Origin: an uncultured Bacteroidota bacterium
Lineage (GTDB): Bacteria; Bacteroidota; Ignavibacteria; UBA10030; UBA6906
Length of the DNA: 64,000 nt
Assembly: GCA_963700635.1 (NCBI GenBank)
Contig: CAVOYH010000006.1
Location: 96,001 to 160,000, forward strand
Direction: 5' to 3'
Part shown: positions 27,978 to 37,417 of the stretch, one piece after another
Position numbering within the stretch: position 1 is the first letter of the stretch
How the letters are laid out: each line of letters begins with the position of its first letter
Made by a program: the position numbers and the translations under genes
The notes under the pieces: generated by a model
What the model was told of the DNA's origin: nothing
The model's input: only the letters and a program-made list of their open reading frames with translations
Database searches by the model: none

Positions 27978-28898
27978 TCACGAGCTGATGTTTCGACGTA
28001 ATCCTGCGGCACCCGTCCGCAGTATCGGACTCCCGCGAAAGCGGGCTTTGAACTCTGCGTCATCCAAACCCGCCAGCGCATGTGTGTCGGGTGCGAGCAA
28101 ACCTTCGCGCGGCGAAAATCCCGTCTCGGCGGTCGCTGTGCCGTGTTTTGTGTTCCAGGGACAGACGTCCTGACATATGTCACATCCGAAGATCCATCCT
28201 TCGAGCCGGTGCGCGAAGTCCCCGGGTAATGGCCCCCGGTGTTCGATGGTGAGATAGGAAATACAGCGTCGTGCATCCACGACGTACGGATCCACAATTG
28301 CTGCCGTGGGGCAGGCATCGATACACCGCGTGCAGCTCCCGCACCGGTCAAGTGCCGGGGCATCGGGCTCAAGATCCGCTGTTGTCAGGATCACGCCCAG
28401 GAACACCCAGGAGCCATGGGTCTGGGTGATCACGTTTGCATGTTTCCCGATCCACCCGATTCCCGCCCGTTGTGCCCAGGCTTTCTCCATGACGGGTCCC
28501 GTATCCACATACCATCGCGAGTTGGACCCTGGTACCTCGCCAGCCAGCCAGCCCGCCACATCGCCCAATCGTGGTTCCAGCACGTCATGATAATCATCAC
28601 CCCAGGCATACCGCGAGATGTACGACGAGCCGGGAGCGTGGGGGGCGGGCGTGTAGTAATTCATGGCAACGACGATCACCGAGCGCGCGCCGGGGAGGAC
28701 ACGCCCGGGGTCAGTACGTTCCTGCGCACGCCTGCCCATCCAGGTCATGGTCGCTGCATACCCGTTGCGGAGCCATGTCTCGAGATGGGCTCCTTCACGC
28801 TCAAGCTGTTCTGCGCGCGCGATCCCGACCCGTGTAAACCCGAGTGTGGAGCATCGCGCTTTCAGCTCCTGTGTAAGAGTATTCACGCTCGCCATCAT
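27978..28898 (-). CDS. queG: Epoxyqueuosine reductase (cobalamin, 2x[4Fe-4S])
   Basis: SRYAWGDDYH, VDTGPVMEK, CGSCTRCIDACPT, CISYLTIE, GCDICQDVCPWN. Confidence 0.95.
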   Translation of the reverse strand: MMASVNTLTQELKARCSTLGFTRVGIARAEQLEREGAHLETWLRNGYAATMTWMGRRAQERTDPGRVLPGARSVIVVAMNYYTPAPHAPGSSYISRYAWGDDYHDVLEPRLGDVAGWLAGEVPGSNSRWYVDTGPVMEKAWAQRAGIGWIGKHANVITQTHGSWVFLGVILTTADLEPDAPALDRCGSCTRCIDACPTAAIVDPYVVDARRCISYLTIEHRGPLPGDFAHRLEGWIFGCDICQDVCPWNTKHGTATAETGFSPREGLLAPDTHALAGLDDAEFKARFRGSPILRTGAAGLRRNISS

Positions 28899-28947
28899 CC
28901 CTCCCGGGCAGATGAATCCACACCAAGGCATTCCTTCATGGATCTGC

Positions 28948-29790
28948 TCAGACGGCGACCCGCTCGGCGAGGTGGTACCCTTTTGCCCCGAGCGTGATGT
29001 ATGCCGCCTCAATATCCGGATCGTGTTCAAAAAACAACACCCATCGTTCCTCGGCCGCACGTTTGAGAAGTGTCCTCTTTTCCTCGAGCGTGACCAGGGG
29101 ACGCAGATCATACCCCATAATCCAGGGGAGCTGCACATGGCTTCGTAGCGGAATGAGGTCGGCGCAATACAGAAGTGTTGTGGAACCGTCGGAAATCAGC
29201 GGGCATTGCAGAGCCGTTGTGTGACCAAACAGGGTAAGCAGGCGGATTCCCGAAAACACTTCTCCCTCTCCGTCGGTGAATTCCAGCTGACCGCGTTCCA
29301 GCAGGGGGAGAAACTGTTCGCTGACAAAACTTGCCCGGTCCCGTTCGGTCGGCCGGGCTGCCGCATCCCACTGTGCCTTCTGTACATGGTACCGCGCGGC
29401 CGGAAACGTCGGCTGGAACACCCCATCCACACGGCGGGTGGCGCCGCCGGCATGATCAAAATGAAGATGTGTGAGAAGTACATCCGTCACGTCCTCCGGC
29501 GCCACGCCGTGTTGCCGGAGAGAGGTCAGTAGATTTGATGCCGTACTTTCAAACTTGAAAATTTCCTTCCGCTTCGGATCGTCGGTCTCTCCATTTCCCG
29601 TGTCCACCAGGATGGTCCGGCCTTCCCCCCGGACCAGGAGAGCGCGGGCGGCCATGCGGATCCTGTTACGCCCGTCGGCGGGATGTTCCTTTTCCCACAA
29701 CGGCTTCGGGATAACACCGAACATGGCACCTCCATCGAGGGCGAAGGTTCCCGTTTCAATGCTCCTGACTTCATACGGTCCGATGTTCAT
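28948..29790 (-). CDS. MBL-fold metallo-hydrolase (YtnP-like)
   Basis: LDGGAMFGVIPKPLW, THLHFDHAGG, WIMGYD, FFEHD. Confidence 0.92.
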   Translation of the reverse strand: MNIGPYEVRSIETGTFALDGGAMFGVIPKPLWEKEHPADGRNRIRMAARALLVRGEGRTILVDTGNGETDDPKRKEIFKFESTASNLLTSLRQHGVAPEDVTDVLLTHLHFDHAGGATRRVDGVFQPTFPAARYHVQKAQWDAAARPTERDRASFVSEQFLPLLERGQLEFTDGEGEVFSGIRLLTLFGHTTALQCPLISDGSTTLLYCADLIPLRSHVQLPWIMGYDLRPLVTLEEKRTLLKRAAEERWVLFFEHDPDIEAAYITLGAKGYHLAERVAV

Positions 29791-29817
29791 ACCGGTCTCC
29801 CTGGTCTTTTCCCCTAC

Positions 29818-29874
29818 AAAAAAAACAAAGGTCGGTTCCACCTTCCGTATGCCGGACGGGTGAAAACCGACCTT
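29818..29874 (-). terminator. Terminator hairpin after the ferredoxin gene
   Basis: AAGGTCGGTT...AACCGACCTT long stem with a T-run on the minus strand. Confidence 0.65.
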
Positions 29875-29902
29875 ACCCTTTCAGCGGATACTCCGCGAAG
29901 GT

Positions 29903-30244
29903 CTAGCCCTTGCGGAAACGAGACGTTGCCGGGCCCAATTCTGCGAACTCCTTCGTCGGGTGAATCTGTTTCGCCCGTTCCAGCAGAACTTCTTCTGACT
30001 CCGGACGTTCAGGATCGGGGATGCAGCAATCCACCGGACATACTGCCGCACATTGCTCCTGGTCGAAATGACCAACACATTCCGTACACTTTTCGGGAAC
30101 AATGTAGTAAAAATCGTTTGACAGAGCTTCAAACATCTGACCGTTGAATTCATACTGCACGCCGCCGGCATAAATGGCCGTATTGGGGCATTCTGGCTCG
30201 CAAGCGCCACAGTTGATGCATTCTTCGGTAATCATCGTTGCCAT
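29903..30244 (-). CDS. YfhL-type 2[4Fe-4S] ferredoxin
   Basis: CINCGACEPECPN and CTECVGH..QCAAVCPVDCC. Confidence 0.93.
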   Translation of the reverse strand: MATMITEECINCGACEPECPNTAIYAGGVQYEFNGQMFEALSNDFYYIVPEKCTECVGHFDQEQCAAVCPVDCCIPDPERPESEEVLLERAKQIHPTKEFAELGPATSRFRKG

Positions 30245-30300
30245 GAGAATCTTCCTCCGTTTTTGATCTTATCTATCCATACACCATCTGGAGTAACCCT

Positions 30301-30329
30301 AACGTAACCAAAACAACCCGTAATTGCAA
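30301..30329 (-). promoter_or_regulatory. sigma70 promoter for the ferredoxin
   Basis: TTGCAA-17 nt-TACGTT on the minus strand. Confidence 0.5.
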
Positions 30330-30352
30330 TAACCGGAAGGGTCAGATCCCCC

Positions 30353-32065
30353 TCAGGTAATGGTAAAATAGCGGGCTTCCGGATGATGAACGATCAGCGC
30401 ATTTGTGCTTTGCTCGGGATCCAGAGAGAATTCATCCGTAAGCTGGACACCGATCCGGGTTCCATCCAGCAGAGCGAACAACTTTGTCTGATCTTCGAGA
30501 TTGGGGCATGCCGGGTAGCCGAAGCTGTATCGCGAACCCTGATATCCCTGCGAGAAAAGGCGCCGGATCTCCGGCGCATCCTTCCCGGCGATCCCGAGTT
30601 CCGCCCGGATCCGCTTATGCCACAGTTCTGCCAGTGCTTCGGCGGATTCAACGCTCAGACCGTGAAAATACAGATATTCGGTGTACGCGTTGGCCGCAAA
30701 GAGGCGGGCGGAATGTTCGGATGCCGTCTTTCCCATGGTCACGAGATGAAACGCCGCGACATCCATCCGACCCGATGAACGCGCCGCAAAATAGTCCGAA
30801 AGACAAAGATGCCGGTCGCCCCGCTGGCGGGGAAACGTGAACCGTAACCGCTCCGTCCGTTGATCATCCTCATAGATGATCAGATCGTTCCCCTCAGACT
30901 GACAGGGAAAGTACCCGTAAACAGCTCGGGGATCAAGGAGGCGTTCCGCTTTACATTGTTCCTTCAGCCGTTCCAGCTCCGGATACACCTTTTCCTGCAG
31001 GAGTGCGCGGTATGCCTCTTCGGACTGTCTTCCCTTCCTCACCTGCCATTGCCCGCGGATGAGCGCAATCTCATTGATATACGCAAACACTTCGTCCAGC
31101 GCGATACCGTCGTGTACACGAGTCCCCCAGAACGGCGGTACGGGAGGAGGCACATCAGTCCGGACGGCCGACCGTGCATGACCAGGCGCAGAAACGGAAG
31201 GGTCCGCGGACTCTTTGTACCGGGCATCTTCGCGTTGCGCCAGAGCGATTTTCGCCTCCGTACCGGTGAGGCCCTCTTCCTCATCGTCGGCCACTCCGGT
31301 CTCCTGGACAAGCTGTCCCGTGACAATCTGTTCCATATACCGTAACCCGTCGAATGCATCGTTGGCGTACAGCACGGAACCCCGGTAGTGAGACCGCAGA
31401 TCCTGCTCCACGTACCGCCGCGTCAGCGCGGCACCACCGAGAATAACCGGCAGTGTGATGTTCCGTTCATTCATAACCTGGAGATTTTCCTTCATGATCA
31501 GGGTTGACTTTACCAGCAATCCGCTCATCCCGATGGCGTTGGCATGATGCTCAGCCACGGCATTCAGCATCGTCTCGATCGGACACTTGATCCCGAGATT
31601 CACCACATGATAACCGTTGTTCGTCAGGATGATATCCACGAGGTTTTTGCCGATATCATGGACATCACCCTTGACGGTCGCCAGCACCATCGTGCCTTTT
31701 GCCCGCGTGGCCGATTTGTCCATAAACTGTTCGAGGTATGCCACCGCACTTTTCATCACTTCGGCCGACTGCAACACGAAGGGAAGCTGCATCTGGCCGC
31801 TTCCGAACAGCTCTCCGACAACCTTCATTCCTCCCAGGAGGATGGTGTTGACGATATCAAGCGCGGCATACGAGCGCAGGGCTGTATCCAGATCGGCCTG
31901 TAATCCCACCTTGTCACCATCGATAATCCGTTGCTTGAGGCGGTCCTCCACGGAACTGCTCGCGGCAATGGGTGTTTTTTTCTGTGCCGTGTGCGTGGTA
32001 TAGTAGGCCATCAGCTCGGTGAGCGGATCGTACACCTGTTTGCGGATCTTCGGAGCGTCACTCAT
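30353..32065 (-). CDS. metH: Methionine synthase C-terminal subunit (cap, cobalamin-binding and SAM-activation domains)
   Basis: GMKVVGELFGSGQMQLPFV, ATVKGDVHDIGKNLV, SGLL, GSRYSFGYPACP. Confidence 0.92.
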   Translation of the reverse strand: MSDAPKIRKQVYDPLTELMAYYTTHTAQKKTPIAASSSVEDRLKQRIIDGDKVGLQADLDTALRSYAALDIVNTILLGGMKVVGELFGSGQMQLPFVLQSAEVMKSAVAYLEQFMDKSATRAKGTMVLATVKGDVHDIGKNLVDIILTNNGYHVVNLGIKCPIETMLNAVAEHHANAIGMSGLLVKSTLIMKENLQVMNERNITLPVILGGAALTRRYVEQDLRSHYRGSVLYANDAFDGLRYMEQIVTGQLVQETGVADDEEEGLTGTEAKIALAQREDARYKESADPSVSAPGHARSAVRTDVPPPVPPFWGTRVHDGIALDEVFAYINEIALIRGQWQVRKGRQSEEAYRALLQEKVYPELERLKEQCKAERLLDPRAVYGYFPCQSEGNDLIIYEDDQRTERLRFTFPRQRGDRHLCLSDYFAARSSGRMDVAAFHLVTMGKTASEHSARLFAANAYTEYLYFHGLSVESAEALAELWHKRIRAELGIAGKDAPEIRRLFSQGYQGSRYSFGYPACPNLEDQTKLFALLDGTRIGVQLTDEFSLDPEQSTNALIVHHPEARYFTIT

Positions 32066-33882
32066 CCCGGCACCTCCTCAAATCTCCGTTCATCGAAAAT
32101 CAACTGACGGCAGATCTCCCGCCCCCGTTCATCAATCTTGTATAACGGCATGATCTTTCCTGCGTGGACGATCGCCATATCCAGCCCCGCTTCGAGCGCG
32201 TAGTGCAGGAAAACGCTGTTCAGAACATGGCGCGCTGCCGGGGAAAGGCCGAAGGAGATGTTGCTTACGCCCAGCACCGTCTGCACTCCCGGGAGTTCCT
32301 TTTTCACCCTTCTGATGGCATCGAGGGTCTCGATCCCTGCACGCCGGAACTCTTCATCCCCGGACCCGAGGGTGAATGTGAGCATATCAAAGATCAGATC
32401 ATGGGGTTTCATCCCGTACCGCTCCACGGCGATGGCATGGATCCTCCGGGCGATTGCCAGCTTCCTGTCTGCCGTCTTGGCCATCCCCTCTTCATCGATG
32501 GTCAGCGCGATCACGGCAGCACCATACGCCTTGCACAACGGAAGTATCACGCTGATCCGTTCTTCGCCGTCTTCAAGGTTTATGGAGTTGATGATCGCCT
32601 TGCCGCCGAGCCGCTGGAGGGCTTCTTCGATCACCGGCGCTTCGGTGGAGTCAATCACAATCGGAAGTGATACCTGTGTGTTGAAGCGCGAGATAATTTC
32701 GCGCATGTCCTGGCTCTCGTTGCGCCCGACGTATGCCGCACACACGTCCACCATGTGAGCGCCCTCCCGCACGGCTTCTTTTCCCATCGCCACAATACCT
32801 TCCCAATCCTCCTTTGCCAGCAGTTCCCTGAACAATTTGCTTCCGTTTGCATTGGTGCGTTCCCCGATCAGGACCGGAGGAGGATCAACATGGAACGGCG
32901 AGAACTGATACAGGCTCGATGCTGCCGGTGTAAAATCCGGTGTGCGCGGGCTGGGTGAAAGCCCCCCGACCGATGCGACGAGCTGGCGGATGTGCTCGGG
33001 CGTTGTCCCGCAACATCCACCCACAACCTGCACACCCTGATCCTTGACAAACCGTGTAAGATAGGAGGTAAAATCCCGGGGCGTGAGATTGTAGTGCGCG
33101 TGACCGCCGATGTTCTCAGGAATTCCTGCGTTCGGCATCACAAACAGAGGTATGGGGCTGGCGCTGGAGAGGGTCCGGACATGTTCAGACATTTCCATGG
33201 GACCCGTGGCGCAGTTCAAGCCGATAACGTCTATATCATACGGCTCCAGGGAGACCAGCGCCGCGCCGATTTCGGTGCCGAGCAGAAGTGTGCCCATCGT
33301 TTCAACGGTGACCGATACGATAATGGGAACCCGGCAGCGGGCATCGGTGAAGTACGAGAAAATACCGTACAATGCGGCTTTCGCCTGCAACACATCCTGG
33401 CAGGTTTCAAGGCAGAGAAGGTCCGCTCCTCCTTCAACAAGTCCGCGCGCCTGAACAGCGTACGCATCCGCCATCTCGCGGAATCCAATGTGACCCAGCG
33501 AAGGCAGTTTGGTCGTCGGACCCATGGATCCCGCAACAAACCGGGGATGATCCGGGGTTGAATATGCCGAGACCATGTCCTTTGCGAGCCGGGCGCTCGC
33601 AAAGGAAATCTCGTAGGAACGATCGGCGAGACCGTACTCTGCGAGGACGATTGACGCGGAGCCGAAGCTGTTCGTCTCGATGATGTCACAGCCGGCATCC
33701 AGGTAGTCCCGGTGGACATGCTGCACCGCAGAAGGTTTTGAGAGGACGAGGATTTCATTACACCCGTTCAAATGTTCGCCGCCAAAATCTTCGGCAGTCA
33801 AATCCTGACCCTGCAGATGCGTCCCGGTGGCCCCGTCAAACACAAGCACCTTTTCGCGGAGCATGTCGCGGAATGATCGCAT
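32062..33882 (-). CDS. metH: Methionine synthase N-terminal subunit (homocysteine- and folate-binding domains)
   Basis: FDGATGT, GLNCATGP, GGCCGT Zn ligands, IGERTNANGS, IDST, GVSNISFG. Confidence 0.92.
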   Translation of the reverse strand: MRSFRDMLREKVLVFDGATGTHLQGQDLTAEDFGGEHLNGCNEILVLSKPSAVQHVHRDYLDAGCDIIETNSFGSASIVLAEYGLADRSYEISFASARLAKDMVSAYSTPDHPRFVAGSMGPTTKLPSLGHIGFREMADAYAVQARGLVEGGADLLCLETCQDVLQAKAALYGIFSYFTDARCRVPIIVSVTVETMGTLLLGTEIGAALVSLEPYDIDVIGLNCATGPMEMSEHVRTLSSASPIPLFVMPNAGIPENIGGHAHYNLTPRDFTSYLTRFVKDQGVQVVGGCCGTTPEHIRQLVASVGGLSPSPRTPDFTPAASSLYQFSPFHVDPPPVLIGERTNANGSKLFRELLAKEDWEGIVAMGKEAVREGAHMVDVCAAYVGRNESQDMREIISRFNTQVSLPIVIDSTEAPVIEEALQRLGGKAIINSINLEDGEERISVILPLCKAYGAAVIALTIDEEGMAKTADRKLAIARRIHAIAVERYGMKPHDLIFDMLTFTLGSGDEEFRRAGIETLDAIRRVKKELPGVQTVLGVSNISFGLSPAARHVLNSVFLHYALEAGLDMAIVHAGKIMPLYKIDERGREICRQLIFDERRFEEVPG

Positions 33883-33890
33883 ACCTTCTC

Positions 33891-34850
33891 CTATGGCATC
33901 CTGAGTTTTGTTGAATAGTACTCTGCCATCATGGTGCGCACAACCTCGGCGGCCGGCGTAATGGTGCGGACGAGTCCGGCGCTCTGTCCGGCCTCGAACA
34001 TGCCTTCTTCCAGATTTCCTTCGAAGATCCCCATTCTCTCACGTTTCTTCCCGAGCAATTCCTCAAGCTCGGCCCGGTCCGCACCCCTGCGCTCGGCCTG
34101 TTGCGCTCTGGCGGTAAATGGTGTCTTCAGCATTCGCACGGGCATCAACGACCGGAACGTCAAAGCCGTATCGCCGTCCTGCGCATCAACAACCCGTTGT
34201 TTGTAGAGATCGTGGGCCGATGATTCCACGGTGGCAGCGAACCGTGTTCCCACCTGAACCGCTTCGGCGCCCAGCGCAAAGACCGCCGCCATTCCGCGTC
34301 CGTCCGCTATTCCGCCGGCCGCGATGACCGGGATGGAGACGGCATCCACAACCTGGGGAACGAGCGTGAGGGTCGTGATCTCGTCGATACCATTGTGTCC
34401 TCCGGCCTCGAACCCCTCCGCCACAACGCCGTCACAGCCTGCGTCCACCGCCTTGCGGGCATGTTTTACTGCGGCCACAACATGCAGAACGATACAGCCG
34501 GCTTCTTTGAGCGCCGGCGTGTAGGTCATCGGGTGACCGGATGATGTGAGCACGATCCGCACACCTTCTTCCGTGCAGACCAGGATCAGGTCGGCAACGT
34601 CACGCCGGGCGAGCGGAATATTCACGCCGAACGGGGCCGTGGTCCCCTGCCGTACCGTCCGAATCTTCTCCCGCAGCAATTCCGGCTTCATCGATCCGGA
34701 ACCGAGCACCCCCAGCCCTCCTGCCTGTGAAACAGCAAGTGCGAGCTTCGCACCCGACGCCCATACCATTCCCGCCTGGATGATCGGATACCGGATCCCG
34801 AGCAGCCGCGTGACGCGTGTGGAAAGTGGGGGGAGGGTCTCAGTTGCCAT
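33891..34850 (-). CDS. Nitronate monooxygenase / FabK-like flavoenzyme
   Basis: YPIIQAGM, EGFEAGGH, AAGGIADGRG, VQVGTRF, AGQSAG. Confidence 0.88.
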   Translation of the reverse strand: MATETLPPLSTRVTRLLGIRYPIIQAGMVWASGAKLALAVSQAGGLGVLGSGSMKPELLREKIRTVRQGTTAPFGVNIPLARRDVADLILVCTEEGVRIVLTSSGHPMTYTPALKEAGCIVLHVVAAVKHARKAVDAGCDGVVAEGFEAGGHNGIDEITTLTLVPQVVDAVSIPVIAAGGIADGRGMAAVFALGAEAVQVGTRFAATVESSAHDLYKQRVVDAQDGDTALTFRSLMPVRMLKTPFTARAQQAERRGADRAELEELLGKKRERMGIFEGNLEEGMFEAGQSAGLVRTITPAAEVVRTMMAEYYSTKLRMP

Positions 34851-34864
34851 GCGTGGATCGTGTA

Positions 34865-35893
34865 CTAGTTGCTGCCGAACAACTCCGGGATCACGGCTGT
34901 GACGCCTGTCAGAGAGTAGACGGCTGTCCCGGGTGCTGTCGGTTGGAGGCGCAAAAGGTGGTCGCCGAACTCCGCGTTGCGGACAACATTATAGAGGCGT
35001 GGGCCGTCGAGCAAGACCACACTCTGTGACCCCTGTGCTATCTGTACATCCCTTCCCGCGTTGACCGCCGTCAGAGGGACTCCGTCTTGCTGGACGATTA
35101 CCTCGCTCTTCCCCGATTTCGACGGGCTCAAAACCAGGTTCGCTTCAATGCCGCTGTACCGGACAACAACATGGCCGGAGTCCTGCGGATGCCCCTGCCA
35201 GCGGAAGCATTCGCGTTCATTCAACCAGGCGCCCCGGAAGTAGAGCCGCCCATCCATGTAGATCCCCGGATCCGCATATTCGAGGAGGGATTCCGGTGCA
35301 ACACCCTCAACATTCCCGATACTCCCGCGGAGGTAACCTGCGAGTATTTCGGGTGTCGCGCGGTAACAGACTGCACCGGGACGGTCGGTTTCACGCAACG
35401 GCACCGTAAGATCGGGTAACTCTTCCAGCGGACTCGCCTCATACAACAGACTCTGGAGAGCCCGCTCAAAGGAGACATACCCTCCTTCACCCGCATTCTG
35501 ACAGCGGACGAAACCATCCTTGTCTATCAGCTGTTTGGTCGGCCAGATCCGGTTTCCATACATGGACCAGACAAGCTGTGCATTGTCCATCATCACCGGG
35601 TACGGAATGCCAAGCCGCTTGATCGCTTCCTGGACGTGTTCAACATTCGCTCCGAACTGGAACTTGGGCGTATGAATACCCACGACCGCAACCCCCATGG
35701 AGCTGTACTTGGCGTGCCAGTCCAGAACGTACGGTAACGAACGTAACGAGGCGGTGCAGGAATAGTCAAAGAAATCCAGAAGGACGATCCGTCCGCGGAG
35801 GTCACCAAGGAAGACAGGTTCTCCGTTCAGCCAGAAATCGCCGAGCAATTCTCGCGCCTGCACGCGACGTGGTAATATTTCCTGAATAGTCAT
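34865..35893 (-). CDS. Redoxin with DipZ-like C-terminal domain, CxxS active site
   Basis: WLNGEP, DYSCTAS, GIHTPKF, WPTKQLIDKDG, GEGGY, TPEILAGY, PRLYNVV. Confidence 0.82.
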   Translation of the reverse strand: MTIQEILPRRVQARELLGDFWLNGEPVFLGDLRGRIVLLDFFDYSCTASLRSLPYVLDWHAKYSSMGVAVVGIHTPKFQFGANVEHVQEAIKRLGIPYPVMMDNAQLVWSMYGNRIWPTKQLIDKDGFVRCQNAGEGGYVSFERALQSLLYEASPLEELPDLTVPLRETDRPGAVCYRATPEILAGYLRGSIGNVEGVAPESLLEYADPGIYMDGRLYFRGAWLNERECFRWQGHPQDSGHVVVRYSGIEANLVLSPSKSGKSEVIVQQDGVPLTAVNAGRDVQIAQGSQSVVLLDGPRLYNVVRNAEFGDHLLRLQPTAPGTAVYSLTGVTAVIPELFGSN

Positions 35894-35905
35894 GGTCCTA
35901 AAAAA

Positions 35906-35934
35906 AATATACCCATTCAGGTTCTGAATAGCAA
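35906..35934 (-). promoter_or_regulatory. sigma70 promoter with a palindrome in the spacer
   Basis: TTGCTA-17 nt-TATATT; ATTCAG-GTT-CTGAAT at 35915-35929. Confidence 0.5.
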
Positions 35935-35963
35935 ACCGCCGAAAACTGCGGGAAACGAGGAGG

Positions 35964-36728
35964 TTACAGAATTCTATCTGAGAGGAGCTTGAGGGTTGTC
36001 AGGATCACCATGACAATAAAAACCGGGCGGATAAACCGTGCCCCCCGTTTTACAACCATTCCGGAGCCGAGGCGAGCTCCGAGAATCTGTCCCAGAGCCA
36101 TCACCGCGCCGGGCAGCCAGAGGATGTGCCCCCCGAGGCCAAAAACAACAAACGAGACAATATTGCTTGTAAAATTCATCACCTTTGTATATCCAGTGGC
36201 CCGTGTGAGATGAAAGCCGAGCCCGAGGACGAACGCCATAGCCCAGAATGAACCCACACCGGGGCCAAAAAAACCATCGTAGAAGCCGAGCAGAAGGCCC
36301 ATGCTCGTGTAGAACATCAAGCGCGGGATTTTAGGACGGCCCTGGATGGATCCGAGGTCGGGCGTGAGGAGCATATACACGGCGATGCCGAGCAACAGAA
36401 ATGGAATCACCACATTCAGAACACTGGCGTCAATCTGCTGCACAGCGATGGTGCCGATCGCGCTCCCGGCGAGCGTATAGAGAATGCCGGTCCACGCATC
36501 GGCAAGCGGGACGACGCCTGCCCTGACATAGTGCCGGGCGGCGGTAAAGCTGCCGAAGCTTGCCTGGAACTTGTTGGTACCCAGCACCATCTGTGGCGGC
36601 AGGCCGAGGCTGAGCAGGAGTGGCACGGTGACCATTCCTCCTCCGCCTGCAATGGCATCGATCCATCCGGCGAGCAACCCCCCCGCAAACAGGACAGGAT
36701 ACATCCAGGGTGTGACCTCGAAAGTCAT
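35964..36728 (-). CDS. TSUP (TauE/SafE, YfcA-like) transporter
   Basis: IDAIAGGGG, LGTNK, GFYDGFFGPGVGSF, NFTSN; multiple TM helices. Confidence 0.92.
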   Translation of the reverse strand: MTFEVTPWMYPVLFAGGLLAGWIDAIAGGGGMVTVPLLLSLGLPPQMVLGTNKFQASFGSFTAARHYVRAGVVPLADAWTGILYTLAGSAIGTIAVQQIDASVLNVVIPFLLLGIAVYMLLTPDLGSIQGRPKIPRLMFYTSMGLLLGFYDGFFGPGVGSFWAMAFVLGLGFHLTRATGYTKVMNFTSNIVSFVVFGLGGHILWLPGAVMALGQILGARLGSGMVVKRGARFIRPVFIVMVILTTLKLLSDRIL

Positions 36729-37417
36729 CGCCGCCGGTCGATTCTCCTTCCGTCAATGACCACAACAAATTCGCCCTTGAGCTCCTTGGTGCCCAGTGTC
36801 CGGTACAGACCGGCTGCCGTATCGTGATAGATCTGCTCGTCGGGCATGGTAAGATTAAACGCAAGACAGCAGCGCCGTGTTTCCCCGAATGTATCGGCGA
36901 GATCACGGAGGAGTGACGAGAGACGGTAGGGGGTTTCCATCAGGACAATGGCGCGTTGTTCCTGCAGCAATTGCCGCAACTCGGCCCGGCGCCGCTCTTT
37001 TTTTGGCGACAACCAGCCGTAGTACAGAAACTTGTCAATCGAAAATCCCGTGACCGTGAGTGCGGGGAGGAGAGATGATGCTCCGGGGATGGGAACCACC
37101 CGGATCTTCTGTTCTATCGCCTTACGTACAAGAAGTTGACCGGGATCGGAGAATACGGGCGTGCCACAATCGGATATGACAGCGACGTTCTTCCCGCTGC
37201 GGAGGACTTCCAGAATGGTGTGTGTGGCCGCGGCTTCGTTGTGCTCGTTGAGAGTCTCGAGAGGCTTAGTCACCTGGAAATGACGCAGCAGGCGTTCGCC
37301 CTCGCGCCGTTCTTCACAGACAACGAGATCCACCGAACGCAGGACGGACAGGCCGCGGAAGGTCATGTCGTCGGCGTTTCCGATCGGCGTCGCCACAAGA
37401 TACAGCAAGCCCGTCAT
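36725..37417 (-). CDS. rsmI: 16S rRNA C1402 2'-O-methyltransferase
   Basis: LYLVATPIGN, SDCGTPVFSDPG, PIPGAS, ETPYR, KGEFVVV. Confidence 0.93.
   Translation of the reverse strand: MTGLLYLVATPIGNADDMTFRGLSVLRSVDLVVCEERREGERLLRHFQVTKPLETLNEHNEAAATHTILEVLRSGKNVAVISDCGTPVFSDPGQLLVRKAIEQKIRVVPIPGASSLLPALTVTGFSIDKFLYYGWLSPKKERRRAELRQLLQEQRAIVLMETPYRLSSLLRDLADTFGETRRCCLAFNLTMPDEQIYHDTAAGLYRTLGTKELKGEFVVVIDGRRIDRRR

Noticed and set aside
32062-32065. Selenocysteine or stop read-through at the metH TGA
   Set aside because: The downstream ORF is in a different frame (ATGA overlap), so in-frame read-through cannot join the halves.
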